Origin: an uncultured Chloroflexia bacterium
Lineage (GTDB): Bacteria > Chloroflexota > Limnocylindria > Limnocylindrales > CSP1-4
DNA: 64,000 nt
NCBI GenBank assembly: GCA_963819655.1
Contig: CAWFXA010000002.1
Span: forward strand, 1,312,001-1,376,000
Direction: 5' to 3'
Position 1 is the first letter of the stretch. Every line of letters begins with the position of its first letter. Under the pieces are notes generated by a model. That model was given only the letters and a program-made list of their open reading frames with translations. It searched no databases and had not been told where the DNA came from. Positions 46,983-57,467 of this stretch are shown here, in pieces. The position numbers were made by a program, and so were the translations under genes.

Positions 46983-47411
46983 ATGGACTGGACCCTGGAA
47001 GTCGTGATCCTCCCGGTCAGCGACATCGACCGGGCGATCGCGTTCTACCGCGACAAGGTCGGCTTCGACCTCGATCACGACACGACGAACGAGCACATGC
47101 ACGTCGCGCAGCTCACCCCGCGGGGCTCGGGCTGCTCGATCGTGGTCGGTGACTTGCCCGCCCAGCGCGAGATGACGCCGGGCTCGATGCGCGGCCTGCA
47201 GCTGGTCGTGGCGGACGCCGCGGCCGCGCGGCAAGAGCTGCTGGACCATGGGGTCGAGGCCAGCGACATCATGCAGTTCTCGCCCGACGACGGCGGCACT
47301 TTCTTCGGCTTCAGCGATCCGGATGGCAACACCTGGGCGGTGCAGGAGCTGAAGGTCCGTGGCGAGAAGCCGCTGATTCCTGTCGAACATCGCGGACGCT
47401 TCGGGGCGTAG
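46983..47411 (+). CDS. VOC/glyoxalase family protein
   Basis: PVSDIDRA..FY, QLTP.GS.CSI, FSDPDGN.W.VQE. Confidence 0.9.
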   Translation: MDWTLEVVILPVSDIDRAIAFYRDKVGFDLDHDTTNEHMHVAQLTPRGSGCSIVVGDLPAQREMTPGSMRGLQLVVADAAAARQELLDHGVEASDIMQFSPDDGGTFFGFSDPDGNTWAVQELKVRGEKPLIPVEHRGRFGA

Positions 47412-47425
47412 GGCGGATCGGACCG

Positions 47426-47704
47426 ATGTCGACGCCTCCGACCGCGCCAACGCGACAGCCGAGCATGCTCTGGCAGCTCGCCTATTACGCGACCGCCGTC
47501 CTGGCCGGCCTCCTCCTGCTGACCGGGGCGCTGCCATCGCCCCTGGACTTCGTCGCGTATCTCGCTCTCGGCCTTGGCGCGACGTGGATCCAGTACCGTC
47601 GGGCAGGTCGCGACAGCTTCACGAGCTCGCTCAGCTGGCTCGCCGTCGTGGGCGTCACCTGGCTGCCGCTAGCGTGGTTCCTCGGACGTTCGCCCTTCGA
47701 CTGA
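47426..47704 (+). CDS. Small membrane protein
   Basis: Three hydrophobic segments. Confidence 0.55.
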   Translation: MSTPPTAPTRQPSMLWQLAYYATAVLAGLLLLTGALPSPLDFVAYLALGLGATWIQYRRAGRDSFTSSLSWLAVVGVTWLPLAWFLGRSPFD

Positions 47705-48604
47705 CGGGGCCGATCGGGCACCACGAAGAGCATCGATCACCGGGGCGAACGCCTCGACCCCCGCGACCGAATTCGGGCGGAGTTGGACCTGCAGGTGGTC
47801 GATGCCGAGGTCGGCGAACCGAAGTAGTTCGACGGCGAGGGCTTCAGGGTCGCCCCGGATCTCGCGCTCCTCGGGCCGCGCGTCGTCCGCCGCAGGCAGC
47901 GTCCGAACGAGGACTTCGACAGACTTCGTGATCGGCGTCGTCCGGCCCACGGCGCGGCAGGCTGACTCGAGCGCGTCGAGCATCGCCGGCACCTCATCGA
48001 TCGAGCGCAGGCCGCCGTTCCAGTGATCTGCCAGCTCCGCCGTCAGGCGGAGCATCCGGGGACCCTCGGCGCCGACCATCACCGGAAGGCCATCCGGCCG
48101 TGGCCCGCGCGGCTGGAGCCTGGCCGAGCGCGTGCGGATGGTCCGCCCGTCCAGGGTCGATCGTCCGCTGCGGAGCATGTCGGTGATGACGCGCAGCCCG
48201 TCCTCGAACCGCCGGAACCGATCCTCGAACGGGATCCCGTAGCTGCTGAACTCCGGCTCGTTCCAGCCCGCGCCGACGCCCAGGATCACCCGTCCGTCGC
48301 TGACCTCGTCGAGCGTCTCGGCCATCTTCGCGAGCACTGCCGGGTTCCGAAGCGGCATCGCGAGCACGTACGGTCCGAGCGCCACGCGGGTCGTCGAGGC
48401 GGCAAGGGCCGAGAGCAACGTCCATGACTCCCAGGCGCCCCGCCACTCGCCCTCGGGATCGCCGAACCCGACGTGGTCCGAGACCCACAGCGCCTCGAAG
48501 CCGATCGCCTCGGCGGTCTGTGCCATCGCGCGGATGTCGCTCCAGCGTGGCGTCCGCCCGTCCATCGAGCCTTCGACGTACGGCAGGTTCAGACCGAGTT
48601 CCAT
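47669..48604 (-). CDS. LLM-class flavin/F420-dependent oxidoreductase
   Basis: LWVSDH, RNPAVLAKMAETLD..S.GR.ILG.GAGW, G..GPRML. Confidence 0.9.
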   Translation of the reverse strand: MELGLNLPYVEGSMDGRTPRWSDIRAMAQTAEAIGFEALWVSDHVGFGDPEGEWRGAWESWTLLSALAASTTRVALGPYVLAMPLRNPAVLAKMAETLDEVSDGRVILGVGAGWNEPEFSSYGIPFEDRFRRFEDGLRVITDMLRSGRSTLDGRTIRTRSARLQPRGPRPDGLPVMVGAEGPRMLRLTAELADHWNGGLRSIDEVPAMLDALESACRAVGRTTPITKSVEVLVRTLPAADDARPEEREIRGDPEALAVELLRFADLGIDHLQVQLRPNSVAGVEAFAPVIDALRGARSAPSVEGRTSEEPR

Positions 48605-48767
48605 CAGGTGACCGAGCCTACAGCGCCACGCACGACGGCGGTCGGTCGGGGATGTGGATCGGGCCACGACATCGAAGACTGGACCGAGCGCATAGGATGG
48701 ACGTTCGTCGCTCGACTGACGCGACTCCGGGGTTTTTCTGCATGCACTTCCGCCTCGACGCCGCCGC

Positions 48768-49973
48768 ATGACCACCGAAGGCCGGTTCTGTCCGACCTGC
48801 GGGACGAAGCGCACGGGCTTCTTCCGGTTCTGTTCGTCGTGCGGCTTCGATTACGACGAGCTGCTCCCGAAGGCACCAGCGCCGATGCCGATCGCGCCGG
48901 GTCAGGTCGCGCTGCCACAGACGGCCCCCGTCTGGCCGAAGCCTGTCGCCTGGCCGCCTGAGAGTCCCGCGGGGTCCGTACCCGAGACTCCTCTGTCCGT
49001 CGCGCCAGCGCCGCCGGCCGCCTCGCCGGCGCCCCCGCCTGCGACGTTCGCCACCCTGACTCCCGCGCGCGCATCGATCTTCGAAACGGTCGAGCCGGTC
49101 GCGCCGGAGCCGGTCACGGTCGTGCCGAAGTCCCGAGAGCGAACCCTGGTGCGCGTCGCGATCATCGCGCTGGGCGGTCTTCTGGCCCTGAGCGCCATCT
49201 CGAACGCAATCAACGCGCGGCCGTCATCGGCCACGGCTCCCCCGACGGTGGCTCTCGGAACGCCTCTCGTCGTCGACTCGCCGGGTACGGGCAGCACACC
49301 CCCGTCGCCCGGCGCGACATTCGGTCCGACCGGGCAGACGCAGTTCGCGGTCGTGACGAGCGTCACCGACGGCGACACCATCCGGGTCGACATCGATGGC
49401 AAGGAGTATCCGCTGCGCTACATCGGCATCGATGCGCCGGAGCCCAATGCATACGATCCGACGCTCAAGAGCGTCGCTGACGCGGCGACCGACGCCAATC
49501 GACGGCTCGTCGAGGGCCAGGACGTCTACCTCGAGCGCGAGATCTCGGACACCGACCAATTCTCTCGCCTCCTCCGCAACGTGTGGCTCATCGGATCAGA
49601 AGGCGAGTACGTCCTGGTGAACCTCGAAATGGTTCGTGGCGGCCTGGCACGGGTGGCGACCTTCCCGCCCGACGAGAGGTACAGGGAACTCCTGACGCTC
49701 GCCCAGGAAGGGGCCAAGACCGCGTCCCTCGGTCTGTGGTCGCCGGCCGCCTCCGGCTCGCCTGGCTCGTCGCCGGCGACGGTCCAGGCGTCGCCGATCA
49801 CGCTGGTCGGTGGTGGCGGATCCGACTGCCACCCGTCCTACACGCCGTGCCTGCCGAATGTGACCGATCTCGACTGCGCCGAGGTCGTTGCGATGGGCGC
49901 GGCGCCGGTCACCGTCAAAGGGCCCGACGACTACATGCTCGATGCCGAGGACGACGGCCTGGGCTGCGAGTAG
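48768..49973 (+). CDS. Membrane-anchored thermonuclease (SNase) with N-terminal zinc ribbon and C-terminal Cys/Ca-binding-like tail
   Basis: CPTC..CSSC, TM, DGDT, RYIGIDAPE, D.F.RLLR, CHPSY.PC..DLDC..D.Y.LD.EDDGLGCE. Confidence 0.85.
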   Translation: MTTEGRFCPTCGTKRTGFFRFCSSCGFDYDELLPKAPAPMPIAPGQVALPQTAPVWPKPVAWPPESPAGSVPETPLSVAPAPPAASPAPPPATFATLTPARASIFETVEPVAPEPVTVVPKSRERTLVRVAIIALGGLLALSAISNAINARPSSATAPPTVALGTPLVVDSPGTGSTPPSPGATFGPTGQTQFAVVTSVTDGDTIRVDIDGKEYPLRYIGIDAPEPNAYDPTLKSVADAATDANRRLVEGQDVYLEREISDTDQFSRLLRNVWLIGSEGEYVLVNLEMVRGGLARVATFPPDERYRELLTLAQEGAKTASLGLWSPAASGSPGSSPATVQASPITLVGGGGSDCHPSYTPCLPNVTDLDCAEVVAMGAAPVTVKGPDDYMLDAEDDGLGCE

Positions 49974-50060
49974 ACGGATCCGGGCGCCGGCGCCATCCCG
50001 GGATCCGGCGCAGACTTGACTCCTCGACCGGCGGATCGCGCCGGCGACGGAGGACATGAC

Positions 50061-50606
50061 ATGAACCTATTCGGTCGAAAGCGCGAAGCCGACCGCAACC
50101 ACGGCAACGCCGATGAGCAGGCGCTCGCGCGCTATCGATACATGCTCCAGTCGGCCCCGCCCGAGGACATCGAGCGAGCGCACGAGGAGGCCTTCGCGAA
50201 GCTCACACCCGAGCAGCGGAGTCAGGCGCTCCAGGCACTCGCCCAGGTCGTCCCGCCGAGCGAGATCCGCGGCGACGACCCGGCGTCGCTGGCACGGACT
50301 GCGACGCGGGCGGAGATCCGCCAGCCCGGCACGATCGAACGCGCCTGGGGTGGCGGTGGCCCGGGGCTCGGCACGTGGTTCCTCTCGACGCTCGCTGCGA
50401 GCTTCATCGGGACCGCGATCGCCCAGTCGTTCTTCGACAACGACCCTGGTAGCGGCGGCGAGACAGCCGAGGGCACCGACTCCGGCAGCGATTCCACAGG
50501 TGACGACTACGGCGGCGATGTCGCCGAGGCCGACACGGGCGGCGACTTCGGTGGAGGCGATTTCGGTGGTGGCGATTTCGGCGGTGGGGACTTCGGGGGC
50601 ATCTAG
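50061..50606 (+). CDS. Hypothetical protein with Gly/Asp-rich tail
   Basis: GGAGG RBS; RYRYML.SAPP..IE.AH.EAF; four GGDFG repeats at about 50538-50600. Confidence 0.75.
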   Translation: MNLFGRKREADRNHGNADEQALARYRYMLQSAPPEDIERAHEEAFAKLTPEQRSQALQALAQVVPPSEIRGDDPASLARTATRAEIRQPGTIERAWGGGGPGLGTWFLSTLAASFIGTAIAQSFFDNDPGSGGETAEGTDSGSDSTGDDYGGDVAEADTGGDFGGGDFGGGDFGGGDFGGI

Positions 50607-50618
50607 ACTCGTTGGCTA

Positions 50619-51804
50619 TTAGCCAGTAAGTCGCGCCCCTGCTGGCTCGGCATCAGGCCCCGAGCCCTCGATGACGACGATCGCCAGCAGCGCCGCCGCT
50701 ACGACCAGCAACGGCCAGACCGGCTGCAGCGGCGCCACCAGGACGAGCGCCCCAAGCATCACCACGAGGATCGCCAGCCGCGGCACGAGCAGGCGCCCAC
50801 CGCACAGTCGGATGGACAGCGCCGAGCTGGCCACGAACAACGCGACACCGATGCCGAGTGACGCGAGGACGGCAGCCGGCGCGGGCTCGGCGGGATGTGC
50901 GCCGATCTCCTCGAGTCGCGACCGCGAACCCGACGATACCTCCGATCAGCGGGAAATGACCGAGGCTGAATGCATCGCGTGCAAGCGGGCCGTTGCGCTC
51001 CGGGGGCGCTGCCGCATAGAGATGCTCGAGGGCGTCCTTCAGCCAGCCGAAGTAGGTCCACCAGAGCAGGCACGCGACGATGATCGCGGCAAACGCCGCG
51101 GCAGCAAGCTGCAGGGATCGTTCGTCGTTCGCCACCGCGGTCCCGGCGACGATGAGTGACTCGCCGATCGCGATGATCACGAAGAGGCCGTGCCGCTCCG
51201 ACAGGTGCGCCGGGTTCAGGTCCCAGGTCGTGTTCCGTCCGGCGATGACGGCGGCCACGAGGTCGGCGAGGATCGCCAGCAACCAGACCCAGGGCCGCAC
51301 GGTCGGATCGACGACCGCGCCGACCAGGACGAGCACCAGCCCGATGGTGGACAGCCCGACCCACCTCACCACTCCCGGCGTGACTGCCGTCGTCGACCCG
51401 TCGCGATCGACCCAGACCTGGAGACCGAGGCCGAGCACGCGAACGAGCACGTATGGCGCTGCGAACCAGAGCGCATCGTCCGCGAACGCGCGCGGAACCG
51501 AGGCGGCCATGACGAGCGCCACGCCGGTCGCCGTCAACGTGATGATCCGGACGACGGGGTGGGTCGTGTCGGCCGGGTTGAGCGTCCACGTGAACTGTGT
51601 CCACGCCCACCAGATCAGCCAGCCGAGGAGGATCGACCGAAGGATCCCGTCGGGCGTCAGATCGTGCGCGGTCAGGACGGTCAGCTGCGTGACGGCGAAC
51701 ACGAAGACGAGGTCGAAGAAGAGCTCGACGAACGCCACCGATTGCGCATCCGCCGCGCGGATGCTGCCCCTCACCCTTTCCGCCACCTCCCGAGGGTAGC
51801 GCAC
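50619..51804 (-). CDS. Low temperature requirement A (LtrA)-family membrane protein; +1 frameshift near 50917
   Basis: ELFFDLVFVFA.TQ, HL.ERHGLFVIIA.GES; shifted frame LEEIGAHP continues to 50619. Confidence 0.8.
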
Positions 51805-51863
51805 GCAGAGGCTGCCATCGGCTAACGTCGGCGTGACCCACCGAGGATGCGAGAGGGACCGGA

Positions 51864-53202
51864 TTGCCCGGAGATTTCTGGAACGAGGCGATCGAGACGC
51901 TGTCGCCGATGGAGGTGCGGCGGCTCGAGAACGAGCGCCTCAGGGAGCAGATCGCCTACAACCACGCGACCAGCGCCGTTCTACCGCGCCAAGCTCGACT
52001 CGGCCGGCGTGCCGCCGGACCAGATCCGCCACGTCGAGGACCTCGCGCGGATCCCGTTCATGGAGAAGACCGAGGTCGCCGATTCGCAGGCCGACGGGAC
52101 GCTCCTCGGCGTCAATCAATGTGCCCCCCTCGACCAGATCGTCCGGATCCAGGCGACCGGTGGGACGACCGGCCAGCCGATCCGGATCGGCCTGACGCGC
52201 CGCGACATCGCCGATTACTGCGAGGTCGGCGCCCGGGCGCTGTGGGCGATGGGCTGCCGGCCGGGTGACATCGTCTTCGAGTGCATGAACTACAACCTGT
52301 ATTCGGGCGGTCTGAGCGACCACATGACGTTCGAGACTCTGGGCGCAGCGACGATCCCGTTCGGTGTCGGTCACTCCGAGCGGTTGATCCGCATGATGGC
52401 GGGGCTCAGGGACCCGGTCGGGATCTGGGCGACCCCGTCGTACGCGATCCGCCTGGCCGAGGTCGCCCAGGAGGTCGGCATCGAGCCGCGGTCGGTCGGG
52501 CTACGGCGGGGCTACTTCTCAGGCGAGGCCGGGCTGCAGGTCCCGGGCTACCGCGAAAGGATCGAGGACACCTGGGGCATGGTCGCGCGGGACCAGTACG
52601 GGACCGGCGAGCTCGGTCTCCATTCCGGCGAGTGCGACTACATGAACGGCGTGCACTACGGCGCGACCGGGATCGTCGTCGCTGAGTTGATCGACCCCGA
52701 CAGCGGCGAGCCCCTGCCGTTCATCGACGGGCAACAAGGCGAAGTCGTCTACACCTCGATCCGGCGCGAAGCCAGCCCGCTGATGCGGATGCGGTCCCAC
52801 GACCTGATGCAGGTGTTCACCGATCCCTGCCCGTGCGGGCGGACGAGCTTCCGGTTCCGCATCCTCGGTCGGTCCGACGACATGTTCATCGTCAAGGGCG
52901 TGAACGTCTTCCCGCTGGCGATCCAGGCCGCGCTCCTGAGCATCGCTCCGCGGGTCACGGGCGAGTTCCGGGTCGACATCGATCGACCTCCGCCGATCGA
53001 CTATCCAGTGCCGCTTGCCGTGGAAGTCGCGCGGGATGTCCCCGCGGCGCGACACGAGGAGCTTGCACGCGATGTCATGTCAGTGCTGCAGCGCGAAGTC
53101 AACTTCACCGCATCCGTGACCCTTGTCGAAGCCGGCAGCATCGCGACCGAAGGCAAGACACGCAGGGTCATCCGCAGCTATCGAGGGGAGGTCGCCTCGT
53201 GA
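51864..53202 (+). CDS. Phenylacetate-CoA ligase-like protein; +1 frameshift near 51975
   Basis: FWNEAIETLS N-terminus in one frame; TGGTTG, YGTGE, GRSDDMFIVKGVNVFP in the next. Confidence 0.82.
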
Positions 53203-53957
53203 CAATGGTCGATGTCCAGGCCAGGGGCGAGGTCGGACTGATCACCCTCGATCGGCCGGACAAGCTCAACGCCATCAACGCCGAGATGCTGGACGGCCTC
53301 CTCGAAGCCGTCGAGGACATCGGCGCTTCGGAGACGATCGGCGCTGCGGTGCTGACCGGTCGTGGGCGCGCGTTCTCGACCGGTGGCGATATCACGGCCA
53401 TGTCCGGGATGGATGAGGACGAGTTCGCGGCCACGATCGCGCGCTACATGCGGGTCTCGGCCGCGTTCCGGGCATGCCCGAAGCCGATCGTCGCCGCGAT
53501 CCACGGCTACGCCCTGGCCGGCGGGTTCGAGCTCGCGCTGATGTGCGATGTCCGGTTCGCGGCGGCCGGCACGCAGTTCGGGCTGCCCGACACGCCCCTC
53601 GGCCTCAGCCCCACGAGCGGCATGACCTATCTCCTGCCACGGATCGTCGGGCTGGGCCGCGCCCTGTCCCTCGCCCTGGGGGCGGAGAACATCGACGCGG
53701 CGGAGGCCGAACGGATCGGGCTCGTCGACCGGGTGGTCGAACCCGATGCCTTGCTGGCCGAGGCCGAGGCGTTCGCACAGAAGATCGCCGCATACCCGCG
53801 GGTCGGCGTGGCGCGGACCAAGCAGCTGTTGCATGACGGCCTCGATGGCGACTTCGCGAGTGCGACCCGCCGCGAGGAGGAAGCCGAGCTGGCCTGCTTC
53901 CGCACGCCCGACACCCGCGAGCGGATGCGCGCTTTTGCCGATCGCAAGCGGCAGTAG
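53199..53957 (+). CDS. Enoyl-CoA hydratase/isomerase
   Basis: LDRPDKLNAI, FSTGGD, ALAGGFEL. Confidence 0.9.
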   Translation: MTMVDVQARGEVGLITLDRPDKLNAINAEMLDGLLEAVEDIGASETIGAAVLTGRGRAFSTGGDITAMSGMDEDEFAATIARYMRVSAAFRACPKPIVAAIHGYALAGGFELALMCDVRFAAAGTQFGLPDTPLGLSPTSGMTYLLPRIVGLGRALSLALGAENIDAAEAERIGLVDRVVEPDALLAEAEAFAQKIAAYPRVGVARTKQLLHDGLDGDFASATRREEEAELACFRTPDTRERMRAFADRKRQ

Positions 53958-53978
53958 GCTCGCCTCGTTGGATCTGAC

Positions 53979-54695
53979 ATGAGCCTGTTCCGCTACGACC
54001 AGGAGATCGTCGCCCGGTATCCGGGGATCGTCGGTGGCGTGTTGCGGGCCGACGGCATCCAGAACGGTCCGTCCACGGACGAGCTCTCGGAGGCATTCAG
54101 GGCCGAGCAGCGCGCCGTCCTCGAGCGCCTTGGTGACACCCCGCTCTCCGAGGTCCCGAGCCTTGCGGCCTGGCGTCGCGCTTTCAGAGCCTTCGGCGTC
54201 GACCCGACCGCCTATCGATCCGCGGCCGAGGCGCTGCTGCGGAGACTGACGAAGCAGGGATCGATCCCGTCGATCAACACGCTCGTCGACATCGGAAATC
54301 TCGTCAGCATCCGTTACGCGCTGCCTGTCGCGATGTTCGACCTCGGGTCGATCAGCGGCGGCTTGACGGTCCGGCTCGCTACGGGCGAGGAGTCCTTCAC
54401 CGACCTCGGATCCGGGGCGACCGAGCAACCCGAGCCTGGCGAGGTCATCTTCATCGACGAGGCCGGCCACGTCGCCGCGCGCCGCTGGTGCTGGCGTCAG
54501 TCGGCCGAGAGCGCGAGCTCCGCATCGACCACGGACGTGATCGTCACCGTCGAAGGGCAGCACGACGGCGCACGCGAAGACGTCGAGGCGGCGCTGGCCG
54601 ACCTCGACGCCCTGCTTCGATCCTTCGCCGGCGCCTCGGCGACCCAGAGCGCCGTCCTCGGGGCAGCCTCAACGGAGTTTCCACCCACATGCTAG
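53979..54695 (+). CDS. B3/B4-domain (tRNA-editing-like) protein
   Basis: WRRAF..FG..P..YRS..EAL.RR, IN.LVD..N..S, RRW.WRQ. Confidence 0.88.
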   Translation: MSLFRYDQEIVARYPGIVGGVLRADGIQNGPSTDELSEAFRAEQRAVLERLGDTPLSEVPSLAAWRRAFRAFGVDPTAYRSAAEALLRRLTKQGSIPSINTLVDIGNLVSIRYALPVAMFDLGSISGGLTVRLATGEESFTDLGSGATEQPEPGEVIFIDEAGHVAARRWCWRQSAESASSASTTDVIVTVEGQHDGAREDVEAALADLDALLRSFAGASATQSAVLGAASTEFPPTC

Positions 54696-54752
54696 GCGGT
54701 GGCGTCGGCGAGCGGGGCCTTCTCTCGGGAACGCCCCGTCGGCGAACTCGCC

Positions 54753-55370
54753 TCAGTTCGCAGCAATGACGGCGGTCATGAGGTCCGTCGGATGGACCGC
54801 CGGCTGGCCCGACTGCGCCATGACCAGGTGGCCGCCGACGATCGCGAGCGCGCTCGCGATCGGTCCGCTAACGAGCCCGACCTTGACGCCTCCGATCGTC
54901 TCGTACGACAGGTCCCCGTTGACCTCGGCGGCGACGGCCGCGGCGACTGACTCGAACAGGCCGGGCTGCTCCGCCACCTCGGCTGGCATCGCAAGAACGA
55001 CGAGAACCGCGACCGACTTGCCGGCCGCGCGGATGAAGCGGAAGCCGATCGGGAAGTCGGTCGGCGCGTACCCCGCACCGGCGCTCTCGACGAGATCGGA
55101 CGAGAGGCCCCGGATGTTCCCGGACAGTTGGTCGTAATCCGAGGCGCTCGGTTGTTCAAGCTCGTACGGCGGCGCGATCCGGAGCGCGGTCGCCGGGTCC
55201 ACCCCCGCGGAGGGGCTCGCGGGGGCTGGCGAGCTCGACGGCGTGGGGAGCGCGGCGGGCGTCGCTTCGGCGGTCGGGGCCGTGACTGGCGATGGCGTGA
55301 GGGTCGACGGGTTCGAGCACGCCGCGAAGGCCAGCGCGACGACCAGTGACAAGGAACGTGGCGCCGCCAT
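54753..55370 (-). CDS. Hypothetical lipoprotein
   Basis: Lipobox FAAC, Pro-rich linker; TATGAT-6nt-ATG. Confidence 0.7.
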   Translation of the reverse strand: MAAPRSLSLVVALAFAACSNPSTLTPSPVTAPTAEATPAALPTPSSSPAPASPSAGVDPATALRIAPPYELEQPSASDYDQLSGNIRGLSSDLVESAGAGYAPTDFPIGFRFIRAAGKSVAVLVVLAMPAEVAEQPGLFESVAAAVAAEVNGDLSYETIGGVKVGLVSGPIASALAIVGGHLVMAQSGQPAVHPTDLMTAVIAAN

Positions 55371-55451
55371 CGGCCGATCATACATGCGCGAAATAGGGTC
55401 GCTTTGGCCCCTGGATCGCCTCGGCGGACTCGGTCGCGAACGTCGTCAGGC

Positions 55452-56570
55452 TCAGCGCAGCGATCGATAAAAGGCTCGGATGTCGCCGATCAGCTCGTTC
55501 GGTGCCTTGTGGGCCGCGAAGTGCCCGCCCCTTGGATACATGTTCCAGCTGACGATGTTGCTGTGCTCGCGCTCGGCGAAGCGGCGGATGCCGCTGAAGT
55601 CGCCGCCGAACCCTGCCAGGCCGAGGGGCACCATCGTTGGTTCGGTCGGGCGATGCTCGGCGTGGGCGTTCTCGTAGTACAGCCGCCCGGCCGAGGCGGC
55701 CGTCCCCGTCAGCCAGTACAACATCACGTTCGAGAGCTGGAAGTCCTCGTCCAGGTCCTCGCCCAGCAGCTGGGCGTTCCAGGCGAGCAGCCCAAGGGGC
55801 GAGTCGGTGATCGCGTAGGCCACCGTCTGCGGCTGCTCCGAGAAGACCTTGTTGAATGACATCTTGTTCTCGAAGAACCACTGGAGCGTCCCCAGCTCGG
55901 TCATCTCTTCCGGGGTCATGCCCTCGAACTCGGACGGATCGCCCGACGGGAACGAGAAGATCTGCGTGACGTGGACGCCGACAACGTGGTCGGGATCGAG
56001 CCGGCCGACCTCGGGCGAGATCATCGAGCCAGCGTCGTTGCCGGCCGCGCCGTATCGCTCGTAACCGAGGCGGCGCATCAGCTCGGCCCACGCGGCGGCG
56101 ATCCGATAGTTGCTCCAACCGCGCTCGCGCGTCGGGCCTGAAAGCCCGTAGCCGGGGATCGACGGGATCACCAGATCGAATGCGTCGGCCGGGTCGCCAC
56201 CGTGAGCCCGTGGGTCGCTGAGCGGACCGATGATGTCGAAGAACTCGAGGATCGACCCGGGCCAGCCGTGGGTGACGATGAGGGGTAATGCGTTCGGCTC
56301 GGGGGAGCGGACGTGAAGGAAGTGGATGTTCTGGCCGTCGATGTCGGTCGTGAACTGCGGATGGGCATTGATCCGGGTCTCGGTCGCCCGCCAGTCGTAC
56401 CGGCTCCGCCAGTAGTCGTAGAGCGAGCGGACGTACGACTGCTTGATTCCGTCATCGGCCTCGCCAGGGAGCTCGTCAGGCCAGCGCGCCCGGTCGAGTC
56501 GATCGCGCAGGTCGTCGAGGTCGGCCTGCGGGATGTCGATGGAGAAGGGCAGGATCGTCGAGTCGCCCAT
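55452..56570 (-). CDS. Epoxide hydrolase (EHN-type)
   Basis: YDWR..E, HGWPGS, PSIPGYG.S, GGHFAA. Confidence 0.92.
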   Translation of the reverse strand: MGDSTILPFSIDIPQADLDDLRDRLDRARWPDELPGEADDGIKQSYVRSLYDYWRSRYDWRATETRINAHPQFTTDIDGQNIHFLHVRSPEPNALPLIVTHGWPGSILEFFDIIGPLSDPRAHGGDPADAFDLVIPSIPGYGLSGPTRERGWSNYRIAAAWAELMRRLGYERYGAAGNDAGSMISPEVGRLDPDHVVGVHVTQIFSFPSGDPSEFEGMTPEEMTELGTLQWFFENKMSFNKVFSEQPQTVAYAITDSPLGLLAWNAQLLGEDLDEDFQLSNVMLYWLTGTAASAGRLYYENAHAEHRPTEPTMVPLGLAGFGGDFSGIRRFAEREHSNIVSWNMYPRGGHFAAHKAPNELIGDIRAFYRSLR

Positions 56571-56594
56571 GGGGTCTGCCTCCGTTTCGTGCTC

Positions 56595-56621
56595 TGGAAC
56601 GGAATAAAGTGTTCCGTTCCA
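56595..56621. promoter_or_regulatory. TetR operator
   Basis: Perfect TGGAACGGAA-N7-TTCCGTTCCA between the divergent genes. Confidence 0.8.
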
Positions 56622-56651
56622 TTATGACCAAAGGCGGCTATCTTGTCCAGC

Positions 56652-57287
56652 ATGGAATCGCAGGAGCGGCTGAGCGGTCGGCGAGCGCAGGCGCGACGGA
56701 ATGACCCGCTGATCCGACAGGCCGCCAGGGAGGTCTTCACGGCGCATCCGGACGCGCCGATGTCGGCGGTTGCCGCGCGCGCCGGTGTCGGCATCAGCGC
56801 GCTGTATCGCCGCTATGCCAGCAAGGAGGACCTGCTTCGAGAGGTCGCGCGCGACGGGCTCCAGCAGTACCTCAACGAAGCCGAGGCGGCCGTCGCCGAC
56901 GACCGCGACCCGTGGACTGCCTTCGTCGAGTTCATGGAGCGACTCCTCGACGCGCAGACCGTCGCGATCACGATGAACTTGGCCGGCACGTTCGCCCCGA
57001 ACGAGGAGCTGTATGCGATGTCCGTGCGGGCAGCCGACCTGAACACCCGGATCGTCGAGCGGACGAAGGCCGCGGGCGACCTCCGGCCCGAAGTGGTCGT
57101 CGACGACCTGTCGATGATTCTCGAGCAGGTGTCATCGCTTCGGCTCGGCGACGCGTCGCGGACCCGCGAGCTCCGTCGTCGCTACCTGTCGTTATTCCTG
57201 GACGGCCTTCGATCCGAGGGAACGGAACCGCTACCTGGTCCACCGCCGAGGCCCGACGAGCTCGCGTCGAGGTGGTCGCCAGAGTAG
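56652..57287 (+). CDS. TetR-family regulator
   Basis: MSAVAARAGVGISALYRRYASKEDL. Confidence 0.92.
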   Translation: MESQERLSGRRAQARRNDPLIRQAAREVFTAHPDAPMSAVAARAGVGISALYRRYASKEDLLREVARDGLQQYLNEAEAAVADDRDPWTAFVEFMERLLDAQTVAITMNLAGTFAPNEELYAMSVRAADLNTRIVERTKAAGDLRPEVVVDDLSMILEQVSSLRLGDASRTRELRRRYLSLFLDGLRSEGTEPLPGPPPRPDELASRWSPE

Positions 57288-57291
57288 GGGA

Positions 57292-57462
57292 TCAGCTCCC
57301 GACCACGATGGCGTCGAGATCGACCCGTGGTCGACTGCTCGTGCCGAGCACCCTGATCGAGATAGTCCGGCTGGACGAGGTCGACCGGTTGGCCGCCCAC
57401 TCGACGCGCTAGTTCTGGTAGGTGCTCGCGTACAGGTCGATGGTCGCCGTGAGCGCGAATGG
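57292..57462 (-). pseudogene. 3' remnant of a secreted protein gene with an internal stop
   Basis: TATIDLYASTYQN*RVEWAANRSTSSSRTISIRVLGTSSRPRVDLDAIVVGS aligns by eye to the C-terminus of 16615-19023. Confidence 0.7.
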
Positions 57463-57467
57463 GTTCC

